Shown piece by piece: positions 12,170 to 23,089 of a DNA stretch of 64,000 nucleotides. A model generated the notes under the pieces. The model searched no databases. It saw only the letters and a list, made by a program, of their open reading frames with translations, and was not told the origin of the DNA. Source of the stretch: Octopus sinensis (taxonomy: Eukaryota); NCBI RefSeq assembly GCF_006345805.1, contig NC_043006.1:83886001-83950000 (forward strand), written 5' to 3'. Position 1 is the first letter of the stretch. Each line of letters begins with the position of its first letter. The position numbers were made by a program, and so were the translations under genes.

Positions 12170-13290
12170 ATATGTGTGTGCGAATGTTCCCTAACACAGT
12201 ATATGTGAGTGTACTAATATTTATGCGGATGTGCGTGTGAATGTGTGTGTTAGTGTTAGACACTGCTGCCTGTACTGATTTGTCTATAAGCCATGCGATG
12301 ACAGACATGCACTCTGCATTTCAGTGAAAGTGTGGCGATGTGTAGGGGTGTATTCATGTGTGTGTGAGTTTCTGTGTAGATGTGTGGGTTTAGGGTTAGA
12401 TGTGGATGTGTATGTTTTGCTTGTGCGGTGTGGTAGAGGTCGGGCAGCTCTCAATGGACCAACCATGAGGAAGATAATGATAATTTTAAATTCAAATCCA
12501 ATAGTGTATTTATGTCATAAGGAAAATTACTAACTGGAACCCGGACATACTTATGTGCCAATCTGGATCCTAATGTAAGCGTTATTAATAATATTATGAA
12601 TGATAATAATGGTAACATTTATTGTATTGACAACGATAATGATGTTAACTTTAATGACACTTTAGAAATTAGTTTGAAGTAATATAATGTACTATTGACT
12701 ATGTATATTTGCATCTAGGTACTAATATGTGTATGTTTATTATCACAATATTAAGTCGGAAAACTGAGACGTTGAATGTGGAACATATATATGTTTACTA
12801 ATTTATATTATTTATTTATATCATTATGTATATGTATATTTTTATATGTATATTTTTATATGTATAGGAGTGTGAGTATATGCACTCATATGTATATGTT
12901 GTATAATGGGTATGTACCCACACCCATGTGGATATATATGTAGACTGATTTATATTACATAATCTCCGAAGAGGCCTTATGATATTTTTGTAAATGTCTC
13001 ATTTATATCTATATATTGACCTACCATAAAAGGCTAATATTGGTAAAATGAGACATACTTATCTACATGGCCGAAACAGCTGTAAGATGTAATCTATACT
13101 TATATTTATATTTACTTATATTTATATTCTCTTTTATATATATTCTACTTATTATACATCATTACTATTTATGTACACTACTGTATGTACACTGATTTGT
13201 TCTGTTTTTTATATGTAACCCTACAGTCTCTTATGTGGTGGTTTAATAAAGTATGTAATTGATATTTGATTTAGATGTATTTCTCCATTT
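12170..13290 (+). mobile_element. Probable Penelope-like element remnant (pLTR-like end carrying the hammerhead)
   Basis: Hammerhead, downstream AATAAA near 13245, ends at a (TA)n tract; no RT or GIY-YIG ORF recognised; boundaries approximate. Confidence 0.45.
12954..13093 (+). ncRNA. Minimal type-I hammerhead ribozyme motif with elongated stem II (Penelope-like element type)
   Basis: Stem I attaca[taa]tct/aga-tgtaat; core CCGAAGA 12966-72; stem II GGCC/GGCC; GAAA 13073-76; palindromic CAGCTG; GUA cleavage triplet ending at 13084. Confidence 0.75.
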
Positions 13291-14427
13291 TCTTATCTTG
13301 TATATATATATATATATTAGATAGAGGGATAGATTGATTGATTGTTTGGCCACACATGAGTAAATATGTATTGAAAAAATAAGATGAAACAGAGGATTTT
13401 ATCATGGAAAAAATAGAAGCTCCATATTTTTTTTACAAATTGCTGACCTTGTGCCAATAACAGAAAATATTATTACTATTATTAAGGTGATGAGCTGGCA
13501 GAAACATTAGCCCTCTGGACAAAATACTTAGTATTTCCTCTGGTGTTGTATGGCACCACGTAAAAGCACCCATGTGGTGCCACATTAGAGCGCCCATGCA
13601 GCCCCATGTAAAAGCACTTGTGCGGTGCCATATAAAAGAACCCAGTACACTGTAAAGTGGTTGGCATTAGGAAGGGCATCCAGCCATAGAAATCATGCCA
13701 AATCAGACTGGAGTCTGGTGCAGCTCCCCAGCTTGCCAGCTTTGGTCAAACCGTCCAACTCATGCCAGCATGGACAATGGATGTTAAATGATGATGGTGA
13801 TGTTACATCCTGTGTTTAAATTCAGGCAAAGTAGACTTTGCCTTTCATGCTTTTGCGGTTGATAAAATAAGCACCAGTTGAGCACTGGGGTCGATTTAAT
13901 CTTTTAAAACTGCTGACTTTGTACCAAAAATTTGAAACCATAGGTAGTGAACTGGCAGAATCATTAGGATGCTAAGCCAAGTGCTTAGTGGCATATCATC
14001 TGTCTTTATGTTAGAGATCAACTTTGCCTTTGGGGTTTTGGGGTTGATAAAAGAAGTACCAGTTGAGCATTGGGGATGGTGTAATCAACTAGTGCCTGAA
14101 ACATACTAGGCCTCGTACCCACAACAGAAAGAATAATAATTATTTTTGAAAGTGGAAAAATGGCAGAATTGTTACCCTGTAGACTTTACTTTTCATCTCT
14201 TTGGGGGTTGATAAAATAAAGAACCAGTCAATTACTGAGGAAAGGGTCAATGTAATTGATTTACCCACTCCCCTCTAAAGAGCTGGCCTTGTGCCAAAAT
14301 TTGAAACCATTATTATTAATACTGTTGTTACTGTGAAATCTGTTGCATTACTGAAGACAGTCTTTGAAATTACTAGTGCTGTATTTCTACCAATAACATC
14401 TATTAATTGTCATGTTATTGTTATATA

Positions 14428-14703
14428 ATGTAGACACATTATGTAGTAGACAGATTATGTACTAGACACATGTAGTAGACACATGTTGTAGACACATCAT
14501 GTTGTAGACACCTTATGTAGTAGACACCTTATGTAGTAGACACCTTATGTAGTAGACACCTTATGTAGTAGACACATCATGTAGTAGACACATCATGTAG
14601 TAGACACATCATGTAGTAGACACATCATGTTGCAGACACATCGTGTTGCAGACACATCGTGTTGCAGACACATCGTGTTGCAGACACATTATATAGTAGA
14701 TAC
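14428..14703. repeat. 16-bp minisatellite, ~18 units
   Basis: (atgtagtagacacctt / atgtagtagacacatc / gtgttgcagacacatc)n. Confidence 0.95.
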
Positions 14704-14925
14704 AGCAGATTCACTTGTACTATATTTCTGCCAGTAATCAGATAGATCCACTGAAAATTTCACTAACCTAAACCACGGCAAGCTGATTTTATATACCAGT
14801 CTATCCTTTACTAAGGAATGTCATATTTGAAAGAATTTTCTGTTTAGGTCTATCAAATTTATTGTAGCAACATGACTTGCAGAAAATACTAATTCTACAT
14901 TTTTGTAGATATTTAACATCATTAC

Positions 14926-15180
14926 CAGAATAACCATGAAATTTAATGGGTTAACTGTGCTGCTGCTGTTGTTTTTGATGTTATAACCTGTTGCATTATT
15001 GGTCTTTGGGTTCACTTGCACCAAATTTCTACCAATAGCATTTAATAATTGTCTTCTTCCAAATTTTTGATTAATGCTTTTTATATTAGGCCAGATAAAT
15101 TCAAAAAATTTTTCCCCTCTCTCTTTACTATTGGAATACGAAAATGAAACAGCAGGAGAGAGGTTATCAACTGTTTGAAT
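14926..15180 (-). CDS. Candidate 255-nt exon of an unidentified antisense gene nested in SAT intron 2
   Basis: ttgtttgtgtttag acceptor sits exactly at the start of a 119-codon stop-free frame; donor ctg|gtaatg; IQTVDNLSPAVSFSYSNSKERGEKFFEFIWPNIKSINQKFGRRQLLNAIGRNLVQVNPK...FMVIL; no homolog recognised. Confidence 0.4.
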
Positions 15181-16057
15181 CTAAACACAAACAATCATTA
15201 TATTGATTATATGTTAAATTTACAGGAATAATTGCTTTCTAGTGGCATTTTAAAAACCAAGTTGAAAAAATACTGACTCATAAATAGAACATATAAAAAA
15301 AAAATGAGGCCAAAAATATGCACAAAACTTTTAGTGAAGAGAGAGAAAGACCTACAAGCATATACTATTAATCATTATAAACTCTGTTATGTATGATTTG
15401 ATGTTAAGGATACTGTTGTTGATCCAGTGACCTAGTGTTGCAGTATTACTTACAAATGTGTCTGTGTGTGTTGATATGGGTGCAGGGATAGAAGTTAGCA
15501 TCACAACCATGTGATTTCAGTTTCAGTCCCACTGTGCAGCATCTTGGACAAGTGCCTTCTGCTATCACTCTGGGACAACTAATACTTTGTGAGTGGAAAC
15601 TGAAAGAAGCCTATCGTGTGTGTGTGTGTGTGTACACATCATCATCATCCTTTCACATCTGCTTTCCATGCTGGCATGGGTTGCATAGTTTGACCAGAAC
15701 TGGCAAGCAAGAGCTGCATCAAGGACTGTGATTTGGCTTGGTCTCTATGTCTAAATGACCTTTCTAATGTCAACACACAGACAGACAGACACACACACAC
15801 ACATACACATCTTTTACCTGTTATCTTGTTTCAGTTATTTTATTGTGGCCATGCTGTGGCACTGCCTTGAAGGGTCTTAGTCAAACAAATCGACCCCAGG
15901 ACTTATATTTTTTTAAAGCCTAGCACTTATTCTGTTGGTCTCTTTTGCCGAACTGCTATGTTACTGGAACATAACGACAGCAGCACCAGTTATCAAGCAG
16001 TGATAGGGGTTCAAACACAGATATAAAGACACACACACACACACACACATGCACATA

Positions 16058-16941
16058 CAGAGGCTGCAGTGAATAAACTGTCATCTAAATTACGCAGAAA
16101 GGAAAATAACACTGATATTTCATTTTAACAGATATATTTACCAAAATTACATAAAAATATATTGAAATACTAAAGAGTAAATTTATTCAATAAAATCACA
16201 ATTGGCTTCAACCATGGCCTCCAGACGACTTCAGAATCTCCTGCAACTCTTCTGGATGGTCTCCTTGTTTAAGTTGGTGAATGCTGTCATAATCCTTGCC
16301 TTCAGTTCATCTTTGGTGTTACAAGGAGTTTTGTTGGTCTCTCTCTCTCAACTGCGTCCCATACATAATAATCAAGGGGGTTGCAGTCTGGGGAGTTAGG
16401 CAGCCAGATGTTAGGGGTGATGTGATCGCAGAAATTGTCTGACAGCCATGACTGTGTCCTCCTGCTTGTGTGGCATGGTGCAGAGTTTTGTTACCAGACA
16501 GGGTCTTCCAGCAGCCACCCTCTTGACCTAGGGCAGTACTACCTCCTCAAGGCATTTGATGTAGGCCTCCGTGTTGAGTTTGAGGCCGTGTGGGAAGATG
16601 AATGGAAGCATAACATTGCCATCACTAGTGATCACTCCAAACACCATGATGTTGACTGGATGTTTGATTTTTATCACTCTTGTCCTCATGTTGCACTGTC
16701 CTCGTATTGACACTCAATCATTGTGAAATGTTCATATTGGAGTTTCCAGTGCAAATGCCATGCAGTACAGCATGTTGTTTCCAAATTTCTTTCAGACTGA
16801 ATCGTATCATGGTGCTGTTTTTCTCACAGATGGTGCCCAACTGACCCTACCATACTGTATAGTTGACAAAATCAAAAGCAAACAATGCACATGCACAAAA
16901 TTAAAAATATAATATAGTGACAATTTACCCATCACACCCTG
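16058..16941 (-). mobile_element. Internally deleted Tc1/mariner maT-type (DD37D) element
   Basis: KHPVNIMVFGVITSDGNVMLPFIF...W*QNSAPCHTS-(37)-SPDCNPLDYYVW; TA flanks; degenerate TIR cag...taaattgtca. Confidence 0.85.
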
Positions 16942-16943
16942 TA

Positions 16944-17018
<75 letters not shown>

Positions 17019-17135
17019 CAAATCAGAAAATGGAGAAACAAATTTAGTTTGTTCATCAACTTTCGGATATTATAATGTTAGATTATTTATTCATTTAACA
17101 AAATGAGAACCTACACATAACCCCTATCTTATTTT

Positions 17136-17176
<41 letters not shown>

Positions 17177-17868
17177 GCTTCTTTCAGTTTCCATCTCTCA
17201 AATCCACTCACAAGGCTTTGGTCATCCCATGGTGCTATACAGTGGGTCTGAACCTGGAACCTTGTGGTTGGGAAGCAAGCTTCTTACCACACAGCCACAA
17301 GCACACATACACACAAATACACATGGCTGTTTGCTTCTTTGTCTTGTTAGTTCTGAACAAACATTTGCGTCAAATATACGCTTTGTCTTTTGTTTCCATA
17401 CTTCCATAAAAATACAATCAAAATGCTATGTAAATGTAAATACTGAAATAGAATTCTCATTCTTAATGGCAAGGTTCATCATCATTGCCGTCGTCATCGT
17501 CATCGTTCTCTTGGCATCTCAGACGTTCAGACATTAAAGTCTTAAGTATGTTTACTACACAAATAGAAAATTATTTCAGTTAATTTTGGAGTTGTACTTG
17601 TTTGGCAAGTAACTTGACTTGAGGCAAGTAATTATATCATGATACGACAATTTGAAACTATTAAAGAACAAGAAAATGTCTATTACGTTCATCTTTCTTT
17701 CATTTCTTTTGTTAATAATATTTTCATCATGCTTCTACAATCTGATCATTGACACAGTCACACTACAATTGTCGAAGATTAATACTGGCAGATATTTCAA
17801 ACACACACAGACACCTATGCATATACCTACATACATACCCACTTACACACATACCTACACACACACTA

Positions 17869-18205
17869 ACTTGTACTTGTGACAGCGTTCACCCAGGGCG
17901 GGTTGAGCCGGCTTCTTCTCTGGTCCTGATGGCATCATGAACCATGGCGGCCCACGCTCGACGGTCCTGTGCAAGGTCACTAGAGATAGCAAGCCATTCG
18001 CGGTTCCATCTGCACAGGCCGACCACCTGCGGACCTGAGAGTTCGGAGAGGTCCTCCTTTATTGTCGTTGCCCAGGTCTTCAGCTGCCCACCCGTGCATT
18101 TGCACCAGTTGGGAAGTGAAGGTGGGAGGAGGACATTGCGAATCAGTTCACTCTCTGGACACCAGGCCGCGTGACCGAACCACTTTAAGTGCCATTGTAG
18201 AACAC
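17869..18205 (-). mobile_element. RTE-clade LINE 3' end
   Basis: LKWFGHAAW...GGQLKTWATTIKEDL...AQDRRAWAAMV; acaagt tail. Confidence 0.85.
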
Positions 18206-18239
18206 AGACACACATACGCATGCACACATAGGAGCACGC

Positions 18240-18470
18240 CATCGGTTACGACAACGAGGGTTCCAGCTGATACGATCAATGGAACAGCTTGCTCGTGAAA
18301 TTAACATGCAAGTGGCTGAGCATTCCACAGACACTTGTACCCTTAACATAGTTCGCAAGGAGATTCAGTGTGACACAGTGTGACAAGGCTGGCCCTTTTT
18401 TGAAATACAGGTACTACACATTTTTGCCAGCTGTGGACTGGAGCAACGTGAAATAAAGTGTCTTGCTCAA
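18240..18470 (-). mobile_element. tRNA-derived SINE family D
   Basis: ttgagcaagacactttatttcacgttgctccagtc segment; + strand copies at ~37370-37520 and ~37595-37870 show A/B-box-like heads. Confidence 0.65.
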
Positions 18471-18558
18471 TACTGTACCAGACCAATTTAGGACCGGAAC
18501 TGTCACGGATTTCTGGATTTTCCAGTTTCCCAGAGAATTTCTAAATGTTTGCTTAAAA

Positions 18559-18845
18559 TCTCTATATCTATAAATGGCAAAATGTCTGTTTTTTGATTGG
18601 ATGGAGATAATTTTACACCTGACAGTTGGATGCGCATGCGCATTTGCAGACAGTCTGTATGACCCTGCGCATTTTTGTGTTTTGCGAAAACGCATTATCA
18701 TGTGTTTTGCACGCTTTTTTGATTGAGAAATGTAGGGAATAATTAACAAGTTTGACCAAGTGACTGACAAGAGAGCGGGATTTTCATGAAAGATCAAATA
18801 TACTTGACTAGCACTAGACCCGACAAAGCCATGTCATAGTGCTAG
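18559..18845 (+). mobile_element. Non-autonomous Helitron
   Basis: A|TCTCTATATCTATAAA 5' end, degenerate 3' hairpin, and CTAG|T 3' end. Confidence 0.7.
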
Positions 18846-20010
18846 TAATAATAATAATAATAATAATAATCCTTTCTTCCAAAGGTACAAGGTCTGAAAA
18901 TTTGGGAGGAGGGGACTAGTCAACATCCTCCCACCCTAATGTTTCACTGCTACTTAATTTAATGACCCTGAAAGAATGAAAGGCAAAGTCGACCCCAGCA
19001 TAATCTGAACCCAGAATGTAAAGACAGACGAAATGCCGCTAAGCATTTTGCCCAGTGTGCTAAAATTTCTGCCAGCTCACTGCCTTATAATAATAATAAT
19101 AATAATGATATTAATAATAATCCTTTCTACTATAGGCACAAGGCCTGGATTTTCTGGCAATGGGGACAGTCGATCACATCAACCCCAGTGCTCAATTGCT
19201 ACTTAATTTATTGATAGAATTTGGACTCAGAACATAGTGGCTGATGAAATACTACTAAGCATTTCACCTAGTGTGCTAACAATTCTGCCATCTCTCCACT
19301 TTTATGATGATAATAATAATAACAACAACAACAAAAAAAGATGTAGAAAGAATGTAAAATAAAAACTTGCCAGTAATCAATTTTTAAAACAGTTGCAGTG
19401 GAACTTTATCAGCGACTAGGTCATAGATGAGCAATTTAATACTGACATCTTAAATAAATTCAATTTGAATATAATACCAGCTTTTGTTTATTCTTAAACA
19501 GCTGAAATAATTCTTCCACAATGTAACTGCTGTTTTTCAATTAATATTCATTTTTTTAAAAAGTAGAATGTTCAGTGTTTTTCAAACAGCAGGTGGATGG
19601 CAGAATTGGTAAAAGAATACAAGATTATTTTGAAAAATTAGCACTAGAATGTTACAAGTAATCAATCCTGCTTGGTTTTTAAGAAAATCGAATTTTCAAC
19701 ATTGACTAAATTCAAACATGTTGAAACATTGCCAAAACTGTACGACTGATGGGCGATTAAAATCTAAAGCACAAAAAGTGCCCATTTCTCATTGTTTATT
19801 CATACTTATCTTCTGTTGACTTATTTCTATGATACTTAGCTCTATTGAACAATTAACTCTTTATGTATGTCTTACATTTTTGTTTATGTAGATACATACA
19901 TACATACATATATATATATATATTTATATATATATATATATAAAATTAAATAAGGGTAGAAATTGATATTAATCAATTAAAACCAGTGGCCTAGCATATT
20001 TTAAAAAATC

Positions 20011-20240
20011 GGTCAAAAGTCACCTGACAGTAAATCAAAACCATTTAATTCCAAGATTTATTTATGTTTAACAACTGAATGAATTTAATAAAAGCATCTA
20101 AATATGAAACATCATGAAGATTATTCAAACTGAAGTCCTTCATGAGCGACACATTTTTACATTCGACTCAATACAAATAGTATTTATCAATACAGATAGT
20201 ATTTCTGGAGTTTTGATTTCCTGTCAGGTGACTTTTGGCC
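20011..20240. repeat. Element with 31-bp inverted repeats, (TA)n-flanked
   Basis: ggtcaaaagtcacctgacagtaaatcaaaac versus gttttgatttcctgtcaggtgacttttggcc (2 mismatches). Confidence 0.75.
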
Positions 20241-20490
20241 AACCCTATATATATATAAGTATGCAACACACACACACATCTTTTATCTTTTTCAGTCTTT
20301 AGACTGTGGCCTTGCTGGGGCACCACCCTGAAGGATTTTAGTTGAACGAATCGACTCCAGTACTTTTTCTTTTTTTCTTTTTTTTTTTTGAAGCCTGGTA
20401 CTTATTTTGTCAGTCTCTTTTGCCAGGCCACTAAGTTATGGGAACATAAACCAATATCAGTTGTGAATCAGTGGTGGGGGACAAACACAG

Positions 20491-20574
<84 letters not shown>

Positions 20575-20736
20575 CTTCTTTCAGTTTCTGTCTACCAAAT
20601 CCATTCACAAGGCTTTGGTCATCTCAAAGCTATAGTAGAGGTATCATGCAGTGGGACTGCATCTGGAACCATGTGGTTGGGAAACAAAATCCTTACCACA
20701 CATGCACACACACACACTATATATATATATATATAA

Positions 20737-20768
<32 letters not shown>

Positions 20769-21197
20769 ACTTACTTGGAAAAAGATGCATGGCATTTCAT
20801 CATATAATAATCATCATCGTTTAACGTCTGCTTTCCATGCTAGCATGGGTTGGACAATTTGACTGAGATCTGGCAAACCAGATGGCTGCACCAGGCTCCA
20901 ATCTTGATCTGGCAGAGTTTCTACTGCTGGATGCCCTTCCTAATGCCAACCACTCCATGCTTTTATGTGCCACCAGCACGAGGGCCAGTCAGGCAGTACT
21001 GGCAGCAGCCACGCTCAAATGGTGCTTTTTATGTGCCACCTGCACAGGAGCCAGTCTAGCGGCACTGGCAACAACCTCGCTCACATGGTTTTTTCATGTG
21101 CCACCAGCACAAGTGCAGTAAGGTGACGCAAATATATGCATATATACATACATATATGTACATACCTACATATATATGTATATATATATATATATAC

Positions 21198-21581
21198 ATG
21201 CATATATGGGTACAGGGCATCAAAAAAACATTGAACACAATGAGAAACAAAAGCATAAAAACAAAAACATAGAAATGAACTTTTTTTTGAACAACGAAAA
21301 AACAGAGAAACGAGACATACAAAATAAAGAATATTCCCCTTCTTCAGTTGTCTCTGTTTCATCCACTCCGCGTTTTGAAGGTAAGGACGATACCTTCGAA
21401 ATGTGGAGTAGATGAAACAGTGACAACTGAAGAAGGAGAATATTTTTATGTTGTATCTCTCATTTCTCTGTTTGTTTGTTTTTTTTTGTTCAAAAAAAGT
21501 TTGTTTCTATGTTTTTGTTTTTATGTTTTCATTTCTCATTGTATTCAACATTTTTTTGATATCCTGTACCCATATATGCAT
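21198..21581. repeat. Foldback palindrome, ~190-bp arms, 7-nt loop
   Basis: atgcatatatgggtacagg...ttgaaggta | aggacga | taccttcga...cctgtacccatatatgcat. Confidence 0.92.
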
Positions 21582-22358
21582 ATGTATGTATGTATATTGT
21601 AAATCAGGTGACAGTGTCCGGTGTTTTGTACACATTTCATATGAACTTTTTAAAAATGATATTTGTTTCACATCTATTCATACACACAAAGAGTCTTTTA
21701 TATATGTATTTGTGATTAGGGTAGGTATGTGTGAGTGAAACCTGAACTTCATATAAATATAAATATTTCGGTGTGTGAACAAGAAATAAAGGCAATTGAT
21801 ACAAAGAAATACATATAATCAGATCATTGTTATTATTATGAAGGCAGTGAGTTGGCAGAATCGTTAGCATGCCGGGCAAAATGCTGAGTGGCATATCGTC
21901 CATCTTTACATTTTGAGTTCAAATTCCACTGAGGTCAGCTTTGCTTTTCATCCTTTTGTGGTCAATAAATTAAATACCAGTCACGTACTGAGGCCATTCA
22001 GGCTTTGTGCCTATAATAGAAAGGATTATTATTATTATGTTTATTGGCTAAACTGGCAAAATGACCATTCCTAAATACAACAATATTATTATTATTATTC
22101 CTATTGTAGAATAGATTATTATTATTATTTTAAAAGGATTGATGTAACTAATAACAAAGGTAAACAGACAAGATGAAGAGTGTGATGTGATTGCAATAGA
22201 TATTCTATTGGTTGAACAATAGGCGCAGGAGTGGCTGAGTGGTAAGTAGCTTGCTTACCAACCACGTGGTTCCGGGTTCATTCCCACTGTGTGGTGCCTC
22301 GGGCCAACCAAAGCCTTGTGAGTGGATTTGGTAGATGGAAACTGAAAGAAGCCCGTTG

Positions 22359-22409
<51 letters not shown>

Positions 22410-22870
22410 GAATATTTAATGTGGTTTTAGAGTCAGATTTTGGCTGCTATTTTAAGCATGGCGGTATTTTTACATCATCATGTTGAAGAACTTTTACATA
22501 CACACTTCTCTTGACAGCCTTTATCTTGATCTGTTCTACAAAAATATGAATGTAAATAGCTCTCTGCTAGTTTTCACAATGAACATTCCAAGTGTTCAAT
22601 CAATGCGAATGGCCTACTTATTGAATTAGCATGTTCATAACTGCTTATTCCACAGACAAGATGCACATGTGTATTCTCAATGTAATTGTCATTGAGAATT
22701 GGCCTAATAAAGTATGATGAAGCTGGTTGTTGGAATTACTAATATAGGCCATTCAAAGAGCTTCTGAGCCATTTCTATTTACTCAAATTTATTTGGAATG
22801 CTTGGTTGAACTAAGGCTTCTGCAAGAAGCATTTGCTCCAGATGTTGTGCTGTAGAATTGAACCTAGATC

Positions 22871-23089
22871 AAGTCTACAGCACGGCGAGCTGGCAGAAAC
22901 GTTAGCACGCCAGGCAAAATGCTTATTTCGTCTGCTGCTATGTTCTGAGTTCAAATTCCGCCAAGGTCAACTTTGCCTTTCTTCCTTTCAGGGTCGATTA
23001 AATAAGTACCAGTTACGCACTGGGGTCGATATAATCGACTTAATCTGTTTGTCTGGCCTTGTTTGTCCCCTTGTGGGCAGTAAAGAAAT
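22871..23089 (+). mobile_element. SINE family B with 15-bp TSD
   Basis: TSD aattgaacctagatc at 22856-70 and 23090-104. Confidence 0.9.

Noticed and set aside
14428-14703. Short tandem repeats as a CRISPR array (also 57574-58030)
   Set aside because: No unique spacers, no cas genes, eukaryotic context
21395-21440. GAAA...CTGAAGA in the palindrome arm as a type-II hammerhead
   Set aside because: Stem I cannot form
22500-22850. Protein-like minus frame QHLEQMLLAEALVQPSIPNKFE
   Set aside because: Multiple stops follow; more likely a decayed transposase; family not assignable
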